64,000 bases of DNA from contig OZ024742.1 of NCBI GenBank assembly GCA_964016885.1, positions 242,730,001 to 242,794,000 of the forward strand, read 5' to 3'. The notes below the pieces were generated by a model. The model was given only the letters and a program-made list of their open reading frames with translations. It searched no databases and was not told the origin of the DNA. Of the stretch, positions 22,773 to 36,793 are shown piece after piece. Both the position numbers and the translations under genes were made by a program. Each line of letters begins with the position of its first letter. Within the stretch, counting starts at the first letter, position 1. This DNA comes from Eledone cirrhosa (Eukaryota).

Positions 22773-24228
22773 AATACACAATATATTAATAAATGGAAAC
22801 TATATTTATAAAGCCATATTTATTTTATTATATATATTTCAAGGGCAACGAAGGCAAATTATGGTGCGCTTTCATCTGATAAAATACAGATTTGTTTTAT
22901 AAATAAATATTGACATACCCGGAAAAAAGACAACCTTAACGGTTGGAGCTTCCTGGATAGTGGAGATAATATTTTATTGAGGGTAATACAAAGTTATGAG
23001 TGAGTATGCAAATGAGTGCCCGAAAGGTTGAAAAGATAATGGTTTATTTAAATTAAACTGTTGGAAGAAGAGGATATGTAAGGGAGAGAGAAGAAAAGGA
23101 AGGAGAAAGAGAGAAGAAGAAAGAACGATTATACATAGTGATAGTGAAATAGTCAAAGTGAATGAGGAAATAAATTTTAATGGAGGAATATACAGAGCGT
23201 AAATATATCTAAGTGAAAGAAGAAGTGAAAGAAGAAATAAGATTAACGTGGAAGAATAATGTTTAGAATGCAGAGTTCATTACGTTGTGATTATAATATT
23301 TATAATAAGTTGAAAAATTAGATTAAAATTAAAAATTAAAAATCAAAATTAAAGATTAAAATTTACTTTAATATTAAAAATTTAATTTAATATTAATAAT
23401 TAAAAATAAAAATTAAAAATTAAATATTAAAAAATTAAAATTTAAACAGAAGTATTTATATTATATTAAGATGTATTAGTAATAATATATTGGTTTAGAT
23501 GTGTATGTTATGGATTATAAATTATTTAAATGTATAGTATTTTACATTAGAGAAAATCTAGTATAGTTTATTTGATTAAAGTAAGTTTGGCAAAATTATA
23601 TTTATTAATAGTTGTTAGTCAAAACTTAAACATCCAAATAATTCCAAATTTATGAAAATTTACGAGAGTTTACAAAGGAATAACTACTTAATTAGATTAT
23701 AAAAACAGTAAGGAAGTATAAAGGAAGTTAGAAGTGATTTTTTAAGAACTCAAATGAGTCCAAGGATACATATGAATCATATATAGATATAATCTGAGGG
23801 ATGAAGTTGTAGGTGGTTGGATATAGAAAACGTTATGTAAAGGAGTTTAACCATATATTACATTATATATATATCTAAAAGTTGAGTTTAAACGATGTTT
23901 ACAAGAACTAAATAAATTATTAAGCAAATTAATAGAGTTCTTACTTTTTAGTATAAAGAATATTTCTTCAACGCAAAGGAATCAATTTTTGGATATAGCT
24001 GTGTATGATGGAGCTTTGGAGATAATTTCCCAAGATAAAGAATAGTTAATATTCTTGGATTTTAAGTTCCATAATAAGTTGGATAGAGAAGTTGAAGATT
24101 TTTTACCAATATTCGTAAAGGAACATTTATGGTTATTGAAACCATAATTTGCTTGGTTGCTCTTGAAATATATATAATAAAATAAATATGGTTTTAAAAA
24201 TATAGTTTCCATTTATTAATATATTGTA
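22773..24228 (-). mobile_element. Naiad-type Penelope-like element, 5'-truncated, with short inverted terminal copy
   Basis: GIY-YIG C-terminus NNHKCSF...STSLSNLLWNLK...WEIISKAPSY...N*FLC.EE...SCKHR; hammerhead in the 3' end; 24141-24228 is the inverse of ~22773-22865. Confidence 0.8.
22821..22886 (-). ncRNA. Type I hammerhead, CAGAUGA core variant
   Basis: UAUUUUAU-CAGAUGA-stem II-GAAA-UAUAUA-UA-AUAAAAUA; the homologue at 38030-38094 has canonical CUGAUGA. Confidence 0.7.
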
Positions 24229-24329
24229 TATATACATATATATGTATATATATATATATATGATTGCATGTCTATATATGTTTTTAAAGGGATATTAGAC
24301 ATTATAAACATTAATTACCCAATGCATTA

Positions 24330-24400
24330 CTAAAATAAAGTACCAGTAATGCACTGGGTAATTGATTGCTGGCATTGTGCCAAAAGTAGAAACAATTATA
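24330..24400 (+). mobile_element. SINE family A 3' fragment
   Basis: AAAATAAAGTACCAGTAATGCACTGG...GTAGAAACAATTA. Confidence 0.8.
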
Positions 24401-24466
24401 AACATTAATTGTAGACAGAATGGTGATGAGCCAAACAATCTCTTATTATCTTATGCATATCTACAA

Positions 24467-24647
24467 GGCGGTGGGTTAGCAGTATTGGTAGAGGGTCGGA
24501 CGTCATGCTTTGGCGCATAGAATTACGGCCCTTGTTCAAATCTCGCCGAGGTTAACTTTGCCTTTCATCCCTACGGGGTCGATAAAACAAAGTACCAGTA
24601 ATACACTGGGTAATTGCTGGCCTTGTGCCAAAAGTAGAAACAATTAT
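24467..24647 (+). mobile_element. SINE family A, full length
   Basis: GGCGGTGGG head, A/B boxes, core and tail as in 7031-7233. Confidence 0.87.
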
Positions 24648-24872
24648 CTTATACACATCCACCATAGCAAAGTGTCTCAACTTGATCCGATGTTTTTGAG
24701 GAGAAATATACCTCATATTATGAATTAACAGCAAGGAATTTCAACATAAACGGATATTAAGTATTAAAAGCTCTAATTGATGGGACTCTAAACACATATC
24801 TGACGTGCGTAAACCACAGCCGACTGCATTACATTTTACAGTAATGAGCGTCAGATTATTCCTCTGAAACAT

Positions 24873-25033
24873 TACGAGGGTCGACTGAAAAGTTTATAGG
24901 CTGATCCGGATACTCCCATGGAAAGAAACAATGCAGTTATTAATAAGAAGAGTTGAAATTAATACATGCGAGATTTCACAGCTCTATCATCAATCCTTCA
25001 TAGTCAGCCTATGGACTTTTCAACCGATGCTGT
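24873..25033. mobile_element. Mariner-derived MITE
   Basis: Imperfect TIRs TACGAGGGTCGACTGAAAAGTTTATAGGCTGA / TCAGCCTATGGACTTTTCAACCGATGCTGTA, with TA ends. Confidence 0.7.
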
Positions 25034-25397
25034 AAGTAGTTAAATCCTTTTTTTCTACTATTTAGATGGTGTTCCTGTTTCCGTCTGATACTTAAATGTC
25101 TAATAAACATTTATGTAGAACATATTAGCAGATAATTATTCATAATTTGATTCTTGGTGTCATATCACGTACTAACTATTTAATCCAGGCGAGGCGACTT
25201 GTTATATTGAACATTGGTGTATAAAATATATAATATTTATATGGTATTTAGTCTCAACTGCTATGCATACACAAAACACTCGCCATAGGTATACAAATAC
25301 ACGCACGTACACAAAAAAAAAGAAAGAAAAACCCGCACGCACATACAGAACCCACGCAACGCCTGTACCCGCACGCATACGAATGTATACACCAAAT

Positions 25398-25559
<162 letters not shown>

Positions 25560-25961
25560 GTGTGTGTGTGCGTGTATACATATAATTAAATAAACGTATA
25601 TAAATAAATAAATACGTATATAACAAGCGCACACACATACCTACATGTAAATACACATATGTTCGGAGACATACGTCAACCAAAACACGAAGTACACATA
25701 TACACACACCCTACATACGTACGAACCCGCATACTCACACAGACGCAAAACTCACGTATACACATAACTAAAAGCATATGTACCAGAATATATAATATAT
25801 ACGCCATAACATATACAATCAAGTATACGTACGAGAAAGTATACGTACCTTCACAAAACATACAGGTAATATATACTTACCTATACAAATAAGTAATGGT
25901 ATAAACATAACATATACTTAGCTACCACATCAGGACGTAAAATATCCGCGTATAGTTCGTA

Positions 25962-27190
25962 CTATCCGTTAGGGTATAATGTGGGGCTGTAATACAGGAA
26001 AGTTTTGTGCAATTTATGTTTACAAGCCGAAATTGCCTCAGATTTTTTGTTTAAGATGTGGTCTTTGGCGTAGAGTATTTCCAGGGCCTCAGCGGTGCAG
26101 AGGTCACATGGTCTTTTATTTCCGTTATACGATCTAGCCCTAGCTAGGATCTCCCAGTGTAACTTATATTGGGTGTGGTTGTCTTTTAGACTCCAGATAT
26201 AAGCTGAAAGTGACGTCATATTCCTTCTTAAAGGGGTCATGAAAAGAATGGTTATGCATGTAAAGACGCTGCTTGAATCTATTGGCGGTTAACTCTATGT
26301 AGGCCCTACGGGACGTGGGTGTTTCAACTTTACATTTGTAGACAATGTTACTAGAGAGGCATTTCCCGGATTGGGGGCAGTCAACCCGATTCCTACAATT
26401 ACAGTTAGTACTAACTACAGGGTTGCACGTGTTCCTACGGCTAGGTAGTTTAGCTAAATTTGAAGCTGTGATGTTATGTGCAAGGTTTGGATTCGTAGAG
26501 TAAGAAATTTTAATAGTATTTCTATTGAAAATTTTACTATCTTTATGTGTAGAGGAAAATGCTTCATAATAAGGGAGAGAAAGATCTTAGCTAAATCCAC
26601 TCCGAGCAAGAGCTTCATTGTAATATGTGGAATGGTCGTTGAAAATATGCTCGTTAGTAGATAGACGGGAAAACCTCAAAGAAACGTTTCTTACCAGGTT
26701 CTTGGTTATGCTGGCAGGGTGGTTAGAATGCTTACTTATGTAATTAAGCGTATCATTCGGCTTTCTATACGGGTAATGCAAGCCATTCGATAAATTGAGG
26801 GTAACGTCGAGGTAATTAACGACCGAGAGGTTGGCTTCAACCTGTATGGAGAGGTTGAAGCCTTTAAAGAAGGGTGTGAGTTCTTTTCTGAACCTGTCGC
26901 AAGCACGTGGGCCGCATTTAGTCATGGTCAAAAGACCATCATCACGGTACAAACCACCGCCTACGTTGCGGAATTCTTCCTTGATAGAGAAAAGAAGGAA
27001 AAGGCCGATAACATCAGTAACCTCCGCAGAATCATTGGCGCCCATACTCACGTCGAATGGGGTACTATTAGATTTTTTAATCCAAATAGAGTCGTCGAAA
27101 TTAATCACCGACTTACGGACATTGAGGATATCAACTTCGAAATCCTTAACCAATGTGAGTGTTTTAGCGAAATTGATAGCTCTAAGGAGA
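25962..27190 (-). pseudogene. Naiad RT-GIY-YIG ORF fragment
   Basis: ORF pieces 26587-27153 and 25962-26240, plus the intervening frame-shifted finger/nuclease. Confidence 0.88.
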
Positions 27191-28163
27191 ATGTTATGTT
27201 TATACCATTACTTTTTTGTATAGGTAAGTATATATTACCTGTATGTTTTGTGAAGGTACGTATACTTTCTCGTACGTATACTTGATTGTATATGTTATGG
27301 CGGATATATTATATATTCTGGTACATATGCTTTTGGTTATGTGTATACGTGAGTTTTGCGTCTGTGTGAGTATGCGGGTTCGTACGTATGTAGGGTGTGT
27401 GTATATGTGTACTTCTTGTTTTGGTTGACGTACGTCTACGAACATATGTGTATTTACATGTAGGTAAATGTGTGCGCTTGTTATATACGTATTTATTTAT
27501 TTATATACGTTTATTTAATTATATGTATACACGCACACACACATATATATATTTTTTTTTTTGTATATATTTTATGTGTATTTGGTGTATACATTTGTAT
27601 GCGTGCGGGTACAGGCATTGCGTGGGTTCTGTATGTTCGTGCGGGTTTTGGGGGTTTTTTTGTGTACGAGCGTGTATTTGTATACCTATGGCGAGTGTTT
27701 TGCGTATGCTTGTGTATGTACGTATATGGATGCGTGTATGTATTTATTTATCTCAATTACCTCTGTATTTTATTTACTTTACTTTATTCTTAACACTGAA
27801 GCCGAGAGTCATTCGGTTTCCTAATTAGAATTTTAGTCTACGACTTCAGTTATACCATTTACGTGGTTTTGTCTTTGCGTGCAATTGTTCTCCCCGCTCA
27901 ACATATGACGTATTATCTTCGTTTTTTTCGTTCATTGCCTGAGAACGTCTCTATGAACCACCTAATAGAATATTAGTCTACGACTTCTTTTATACCATAA
28001 ACGTGGTTTTGTCTTTGCGTGTCATTTTTTTCACCGCTCCAAATAATGACGTATTATATTCGTTTTTCCCGCTCTTTGCCAGGGAACGTTTCCACGAACG
28101 AAAGTATCGTCTTCCTGTCTTCCTCCGGTTGCAACGTTTTTTGAAATATTCACTTCTGCGTTC

Positions 28164-28239
28164 ACAGATTGACTTTGTTAATTTCAGAAGATTCCGTTAA
28201 GGGTGAAAGCAGCGATTCTTTGCTTAAACTTTAATCTGT
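28164..28239 (+). ncRNA. Extended type I hammerhead, CAGAAGA core variant
   Basis: UUU-CAGAAGA-UUCC guuaa GGGU-GAAA-GCA..UGC-UU-AAA, with outer stem ACAGAUU/AAUCUGU; second copy at 63319-63395. Confidence 0.65.
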
Positions 28240-28260
28240 TATTTTAATAAATATATATAT

Positions 28261-28811
28261 GAATAGCTCTTGTTTATTTTAAGATGTCTGTTGAGCACTC
28301 TGATTCGATATGTGATAATTTGTATTCTTACATAATTTACACATCACCGAATTCTTTCGCTAATATAAGGGTTCCCTCCCTTGCTGAATACCATGTGCGT
28401 TGTTTGGCTTTGGGTCCCCTCTGTATTATGGAACGAAATATTCGTTGAAGAAGCCTTTCCTCGTTCATCTCTTCTCTAGAAGTCTTATATATCTTTTATT
28501 TGGGCTGATAGTGATTGGATTAAGGAATTACAGAAACCCAAGAAGCTAGATTTAACATCGTTCTAGCGGGTCCGGGTGAGTTTTTTACATTCATTTAATT
28601 TATTAAATTATTGATATTTTATTTGAGTGACCCGAATCTTCCTGGTCGTTCTTTTCGGCTGCATGGGTGATTTTAGGCATGATCTCTATGTGTTGGTATT
28701 TTAACGATAGTTATAGCTCTGATTTTTCCAAATTATTGAGCCCTCTGCCACATATATCGGATATTGTTTATCGTGATTTCGTGGGCTGATATTCCGATTC
28801 TCGATTATTCT
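28261..28811. repeat. Diverged copy of the 616-bp unit family (inverse of 20129-20975)
   Basis: Colinear similarity by eye, e.g. GATTAAGGA.TT.CAGAAACCCA, GGGTCCGGGT, TGACCCGAAT, TGCCACA.AT.TCGGA, CGATTCTCG. Confidence 0.75.
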
Positions 28812-28813
28812 AC

Positions 28814-28867
<54 letters not shown>

Positions 28868-28881
28868 TACATTATATTATA

Positions 28882-28963
28882 TCATCCTTACGGGGTCGAT
28901 AAAATAAAGTACCAGTAATGCACTCGGTATTTGCTGGCCTTGTGCCAAAAGTAGAAACAATTA
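28882..28963 (+). mobile_element. SINE family A 3' half
   Basis: TCATCCTTACGGGGTCGATAAAATAAAGTACC...GTAGAAACAATTA. Confidence 0.85.
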
Positions 28964-29399
28964 TATTATATTATATCATATATATATTAAATGAGTTAAT
29001 TCCTAGTTTTTTTTTAGAGTTAAGTATTCTTTGAATTATACAGGCTACTTCTCTTTCTCCAACATTTATTTTATTTGAATTTCCAAATTTTATATGTAAG
29101 AAATCTGAGACTGACTGATTTTAATAACCACTTTTAAATGTTTTTTCTTTTTTGTTTTGTTTGTTTTTACTTTCTCTAACAACATTCAAGTACATTACAT
29201 TCATTATTTGATCACATCTACTTTTAACATATGCGTAGCCATTTTTCTCTTTAATATTCTTTGAAGATGCTAAAGGTTGGTGAAGCAAATTGCATATTTA
29301 TAAGACGAAAGTCAATGTACTATATATATAAAGCTACAAACCGAATAAGCATACACGCTGGCTTGGCCGTATAGTAGAGCTTCGTCTATGCTGTACTAA

Positions 29400-29965
<566 letters not shown>

Positions 29966-30037
29966 AAGGGTTCCCCAAATAATGCAGACACACTTCAACA
30001 GCATTCTGATAAATATGTATATAGATTTTTGGACACC

Positions 30038-30077
<40 letters not shown>

Positions 30078-30224
30078 ATGCTTTGGGAGGGTCATGTTGC
30101 CAATAAGAAACACACGCACCAGTGCTTTCACTCCAATTTATTATAAATTAAATTTATAAATTTAAGAATTTATAAATTTCCGGTTGGTTGGTTGGTTCCA
30201 CAACCGGACGGTTGTTCATATATT

Positions 30225-30267
30225 GTCAAAGTTCTTTCGTCACACATTATGTGACCTCTTCAGTGAC
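30225..30267 (-). ncRNA. Minimal type I hammerhead in PLE pseudo-LTR
   Basis: GUCA-CUGAAGA-G-GUCAC..GUGAC-GAAA-GAAC-UU-UGAC. Confidence 0.8.
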
Positions 30268-30460
30268 TGGGGATTATTTTCTTTGTTTTTGTGCCTCTCC
30301 TTTGTTCTGTTCTACGCCATCTTGTTTTTGTGTGTGTTGTAGTTTGCGCATGTGTTACATCCGGGTGTCTGTGTGTGTTTGTATTTGTTTATTTATTTAT
30401 TTATTTACATGTTACTGGTTGGTTGTTTGTTCTATGTGTGTGTGTGTTTTCATTTTGTCC

Positions 30461-33440
30461 CTAATTGTAAGTTGTGATGTTGCTATTCCATTCATGTTTT
30501 CTATTTAATTTTGTTTGTAGTGTATTTATGTTTATTGCCTCTGTGATTTGTCTAAACATTGCGTCTTTTCTGTGTGCAGATTCTATTTTTATTTCTATGT
30601 TCTCTAATTTACCCTTATGTTCTATTTTAGCATGTTGGGGGAGTACAGATGATTCTTTTCTATCTTGAAGCTCTCGCCAGTGTTCATTTATCCGTTCTCC
30701 TATACTACGAGCTGTCTCACCTATGTACACTATATTCTTATCTCTACATTGTCCTTCAGTACATCTTATGCTATATACTACATTTCTAGTTTTACAGTTA
30801 ATATGGGGCTTGGTTTACAGATTATATATTTCTTATCTATACAGGGAGGTCTTTGAAAAGGGTATGTATTGCTAATAATTGTTTTTATGGAGGTACCTGG
30901 TCTTTCTACTATCTTAATATTGAGTTTATGTTTATCTAGGGCCCTTCTAAATTTGTAAGCTAATTTACCTCTAGGGTTTGTATTGATGAACATTACACTC
31001 TGGTATTTATATCATACCATGAGTTTATTCTATTAACCTTATTCCTAGTACTTTCTATTCTATTCCAAAATTTGCTCCTATACAATGGGCAGGTCCCCTT
31101 TGTATCATTATTTACCATTTTTCCCCATTTGGTCTGGCTCCTCTATATACTCTGATTTTATCTCTCTGATTGTAACCAGAGAACTGCATACGGTGGATGA
31201 AGTGTTGTATGTGTCTCTCTATTTCTTTGGGGCTGCACATGCGGGACACGTTTCTCATCACCCGTACCAAATCCGCAATCAGTATGTTGATTTTGGTGTG
31301 GTCCGAAACAGCTGAGTTTCGGTGGATCAGATATTTGGAAGTCATGGGTTTGGCATAATGGGAATGGAGGATTTGTTTTTTGTTATTAATGGTTTCTAAC
31401 CAGAGCCCTGTGTCTAGTACAGGTAATCGATGGTTGGGGTGTTTGCTTGGGTAGTCTATAGTAACTCTAATACCCTGGTGGATGGAGTTAGCTATTTGCT
31501 GGATGCTTTCCATGGTTTTTTCTCTAATTCCTGACTGTTCTCTAGTGGGGGTGTTTTTACTACGATGTTTATATCATCAACGTAGCGGGAGTACATTATC
31601 AGGGTTAAGAGGTTGCTGTCTTCTAATTGTTCTTTCAGTTTAAGTTTAAGCCTATTGTCCCACCATACCCTGAATAGGTTAGCTATGTCACCTGCAATGC
31701 TAACACCAATGGCTGTTCCCTCCTCTTGGGCATATGTTTTTCCATTAAATTTGAACATATGTTCCTTAATGGTTAATTTTATACTGGCCCCCACCGCATG
31801 TGCAGTCATTTTCTTTAGTTCATCGTGGTTTTGGGGGGGTCTGTATGGCTCTGGTCCACCTGTTCCATCTATCTGTGTGTGTTTTCTTGGCCATTGAGGT
31901 AATGTTATGTGGTCTGCTTCTTGCTGGTCTTGTAGGGCACAGGTTGCTAGGGTCATATGTATCTAGATAATCATTACTATAGGTAAGTTTAAGTAGGAGT
32001 CGCAGCTCACTGGTATCAATCCCACGGAATTCAACATTGCGCTCACTGATCATTTCTATGCATTTCTCCACAGCAAAATCCACGTCAATGGATGGATATA
32101 GGGACACAACATCCATACTACCTATTATACAGTTTGTTAGGTCCCTAGATCGCTTACCCTCGCCGATTCTGCTGAGGAGGTCCTCCGTGCTGTCACATAT
32201 ATCTGGGGACATTTCAATGATGGGGCGTATGATCAGGGAGAGGAAGTAGGAAAGTCTGTAGTTACTAGCAATGTTAGCTCCACAAACTGGCCGTGTTGGT
32301 GGTCCTGTGACAGGGTCACTGCTCGTTTTATGGTCTTTTCGAAGCCCATACAACGCTGGCACGTCATTTTTCCAGGCCTGGAAGTTGTTGGCAGTCCTTT
32401 GATTGGGGTGCATTATGTTTGTCCACATCATCATATGGGCATTGAGGGTTTTCTCCCTATCCTCATGCTCTTGTGATGTTACTTCTCTTGTGTTAGTGAT
32501 GTGGGGTTGCATTGCCTGGATGTAGTTTGAAAGACTGTCAACCGACATTCTGCCAGACTTGTCTGTTGGAAAGCATGCAATCTCTCCATTAGGCGAGCGC
32601 TGCATGAGCTTACGCAAGCCATTTGGAGATTTTTCTCCCAGTTGCTGTGCCTCCATTCTATTTTGCTTCTTGCTATACTGTTCTATAATATTTTTAAGTT
32701 TAGATCTAGCTATACTAAATTGTGCTTCTGTTTGTTCATCGACCTGCGACGGCAATTGCGTGCGTTTGTTAAAAGCTAAAGTCGTGGCGTGGACTCGTCG
32801 CAGGTCGAACGACATATCGGAAGGATTATAAAAAGTAGAGTTCCAGGCTGCTGCTTTATGTGCACTATTGCTATTGTTATTGTTAGTTGTGTTGTTTCTA
32901 TTTCTATTTCCACCAACAGCCTCAAGGTTGTTTCTGGATTGGCAGTATCGGTAGAGAGTCGGACACCATGCTTTACAGCATAGATTTATGGGCCTTTATG
33001 ATCTGAGTTCAAATCCCGCCGAGGTTAACTTTGCCTTTCATCCTTATGAGGTCGATAAAATAAAGTACCAGACACGAACTGGGGTCGATTTTATCGACTT
33101 TCCCCTCCCCCAAAAAATTGCTGGCCTTGTGCCTAAAGTAGAAACAATTATTACTCTTGTCTCTTTCCTCTGGCTCATTGTTATTAACTACTCTGTTTTG
33201 TGTGTCTGTGTGTTCGTCCTGGTTATTTTCTCTGTCAGTATCGATAGTCTCCCTTCTCCTTCCAATCCCATTATCTTCCCTTACTTCTGTGTTACTGTCA
33301 TTACCTGTTTTCTGTGTCTGTGTGTTTGTTAAGATTGTGGTGGTGGTGGTGAGAGGCATAGAATGTGTGTGTGTTGTTGTTGTTGTTGATGTGTGCTGTT
33401 GTTGATGTTTGTTGTTGTTGTCTCCGTGTATGTTATTATT
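30461..33440 (-). pseudogene. PLE RT-GIY-YIG ORF, frameshifted and interrupted by a SINE
   Basis: ORF pieces 31820-32815, 31492-31956, 31112-31513, 30778-30993 and 30461-30730. Confidence 0.85.
32936..33153 (+). mobile_element. SINE family A (longer subfamily) inserted in the PLE
   Basis: A/B boxes, core, extra GGGGTCGATTTTATCGAC hairpin, and tail. Confidence 0.87.
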
Positions 33441-34484
33441 GCAAATAGCTAACTCCATCCACCAGAGTATTAGAGTTACTATAGACTACCCAAGCAAACG
33501 CCCCAACCATCGATTACCTGTACTAGACACAGGGCTCTGGTTAGAAACCATTAATAACAAAAAACAAATCCTCCATTTCCATTATGCCAAACCCATGACT
33601 TCCAAATATCTGATCCACAGAAAATCAGCTGTTTCTGACCACACCAAAATCAACATATTGATTGCGGATTTGGTACGGGTGATGAGAGACGTGTCCCGCA
33701 TGTGCAGCCCCAAAGAAATAGAGAGACACATACAACACTTCATCCACCGTATGCAGTTCTCTGGTTACAATCAGAGAGATAAAATCAGAGTATATAGAGG
33801 AACCAGACCAAATGGGAAAAAATGGTAAATAATGATACAAAGGGGACCTGCCCATTGTATAGGAGCAAATTTTGGAATAGAATAGAAAGTACTAGGAATA
33901 AGGTTAATAGAATAAACTCATGGTATGATAGCAATAAATACCAGAGTGTAATGTTCATCAATACAACCCCTAGAGGTAAATTAGCTTACAAATTTAGAAG
34001 GGCCCTAGATAAACATAAACTCAATATTAAGAAAGTAGAAAGACCAGGTGCCTCCATAAAAACACTTATTAGCAACACATACCCTTTTCAAAGACCTCCC
34101 TGTATAGATAAGGAATATATAATCTGTAAACTAAGCCCCCCTATTAACTGTAAAACTAGAAATGTAGTATATAGCATAAGATTTACTGAAGGACAATGTA
34201 GAGATAAGAATATAGTGTGCATAGGTGAGACAGCTCGTAGTATAGGAGAACGGATATATGAACACTGGCGAGAGCTTCAAGATAGAAAAGAATCATCTGT
34301 ACTCCCCCAACATACTAAAATAGAACATAAGGGTAAATTAGAGAACATAGAAATAAAAATAGAATCTACACACAGAAAAGACGCAATGTTTAGACAAATC
34401 ACAGAGGCAATAAACATAAATGAACTCCAACCAAAATTAAATAGAAAACGTGAATGGAATAGCAACAGCACAACTTACAATTAG
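33441..34484 (+). pseudogene. Inverted duplicate of the PLE C-terminal region (thumb + GIY-YIG)
   Basis: ORFs 33409-33828 and 33822-34484. Confidence 0.87.
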
Positions 34485-34677
34485 GGACAAAATGAAAACA
34501 CACACACACATAGAACAAACAACCAACCAGTAACATGTAAATAAACAAATAAATAAACAAATACAAACACACACCTAAACCCGGATGTAACACATGCGCA
34601 AACTACAACACACACAAAAACAAGATGACGTAGGACAGAACAAAGGAGAGGCACAAAAACAAAGAAAATAATCCCCA

Positions 34678-34720
34678 GTTACTGAAGAGGTCACGGAATG
34701 TGTGACGAAAGATCTTTGAC
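34678..34720 (+). ncRNA. Minimal type I hammerhead (palindromic stem III AAGAUCUU)
   Basis: GUUA-CUGAAGA-G-GUCAC..GUGAC-GAAA-GAUC-UU-UGAC. Confidence 0.8.
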
Positions 34721-34934
34721 AATATATGAACAACCGTCCGGTTGTGGAACCAACCAACCAACCGGAAATTTATAAATTCTTAAATTTATAAATTTAATTT
34801 ATAACAAATTGGAGTGAAAGCACTGGTGCGTGTGTTTCTTATTGGCAACATGACCCTCCCAAAGCATAACAATATCGGTTTCAACACACGTTTTCACATA
34901 AAGAATCTTGCTAAACAAATTCAGAAACGAAATA

Positions 34935-34983
<49 letters not shown>

Positions 34984-35229
34984 GAGGTCTACATATACAT
35001 AAACTAGACAGAGCCATATATATATATATATGGTTTTGGCAACCATTCACGGTGTGGCTCAATGACGAATATTTTATCAAATGATTCTATGGACTTACTT
35101 TCTTATATATATATATATTTATATTTATATTAACACTCACTCTCTCACTCTCTTATCTTTTTTAACAAAATCTAAATTTCTCTCTTTCCATTTGCACAAT
35201 TTGTCTGCACTCCATCCTGTCCTGTTTCA

Positions 35230-36332
35230 AGTAAACATTTTTTTTTTTTTTTAAGTATTTGCTATGCTTTCCTAGTCGAAAGAAATTCACATGTCCTACC
35301 CTGTCCTTATGTTGGTGTGTTATCTCATCTATACGGTGGCTTATTCCAAGCCGTTGTGCAACCTGGACTCAATATTATGCACCATCCTTATGCAGGAAAT
35401 TGCATTACCCAGTAAGTAGCTGGAAAAGAAGATAGACAGTTTTGTTCATTCGTTCTAAATATTAAGTTTTTTTCGTTTTTGTGAATAACTTTGATATATA
35501 CACACATATATAATAATATGTGTGTGGGTTTTGTGTGTATAAATCGAGTATAGTTCCTTTGGATGTCGGCAAAAAACAAACATCCTTACGACCCAGCTCT
35601 GAATCCATGCTGGGTCTCAAGGATAGCATCAGGGAAAATCCATTTTATTAGACGGTTCAGTAGGACCTTGGGTAAGACTTTTCCTACCGATTCAAGCAGA
35701 CTTATACCACGATAAACACCCATTCATACATGGAGCATTTGCCCTTGTAAATTGAAAGCAAAATTACATTTACCCATTCTTGTGGGACAGACTCACCATG
35801 CCATACAGATAAAACTAGCCAATGAATGGCCATAACATCATTGTCACCTCCAAATCGAATCAGCTCAACCGGTATTCCGTCTAAACCTGTAGCTTTCCTG
35901 TTTATCTCTTTGATAGTAGACCTTATCTCATGAATGGTTGGATCATTCATCATCTCTGCTACAGTCTCCTTTTACGGCAGCCCATTAATAATTCCCTTAC
36001 CAACTACAGATGGGTTGTCAAACAGATGATTCCTACTGGATCTTTGATGAGAACATTATTTAAACACTATTCCCATATTTAGACTTAAATTATGCCTTAT
36101 TGTGCTGTATAATGATGCAGTTATAAGCTCTCTGCATCTTTGCTGAAACTTCAGATCACCAGTTATTCTTCATCGTTCGAGGTTTAGATTGCAGTTTTGA
36201 TTTTGCTACTTTGAAGGCCTTCTGAAAGATGGTCTTCACTGGACCCTCTGCAACAAGGCACATCTCATACAACGTGTTCTTCTCTTCAATGAACCTGGTT
36301 ATTGCAGTATCATTTTCATCAAACCAGTCTCG
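35230..36332 (-). mobile_element. Degraded RTE/BovB-like LINE fragment
   Basis: RDWFDEND, KATGLDGIPVEL...VPQEW, YRGISLL and QHGFR remnants. Confidence 0.8.
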
Positions 36333-36679
36333 GTATTTACATACATACACACATGCACACAGATATAAATACTTATGTATTGTGAGGATGAACAACACAT
36401 TCTGTAATAGTAGACATTAAAATAAATATGACATTAAAATTATTCCCGACGCTGGTTTATGTCTAGTATAGATCAATGGAGAGGAAAAAGATATTTGCTG
36501 TAATTTGGACCACACTAAATCTTGTGTGAAAAACAAAATGAGGAATCATGTTTCTACACTGACAGAAGGAAATGAAACGATAAAAAAAAGAAGTGTATTA
36601 TATTTATGATTTCCCTCGTGATAGATAGCAATCTTTTAATTTTGCAATTATACATTTAAATATAGCGCAGAAAACAATA

Positions 36680-36790
36680 ATCTCGCCAAGGTTAACTTTG
36701 CCTTTCATCCTTACGGGGTCGATAAAATAAAGTACCAGTAATACACTGGGATAATTGCTGGCCTTGTGCCAAAAGTAGAAACAATTATTA
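36680..36790 (+). mobile_element. SINE family A 3' half
   Basis: Core plus tail. Confidence 0.85.
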
Positions 36791-36793
36791 ATA

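Larger units (their letters stand above)
30075..34872 (-). mobile_element. Penelope-like element (non-Naiad; Nematis/Neptune-like, clade uncertain): minus-strand body 30075-33440 plus 1.43-kb inverted 3' copy 33441-34872
   Basis: RT (LYGLRKDHK, TRPVCG, GSMDVVSLYPSI, EGTAIG, RYVDD) and GIY-YIG (NVVYSI...YIGETARS..ERI.EH); 33441-34872 is the inverse of 30075-31499. Confidence 0.9.
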
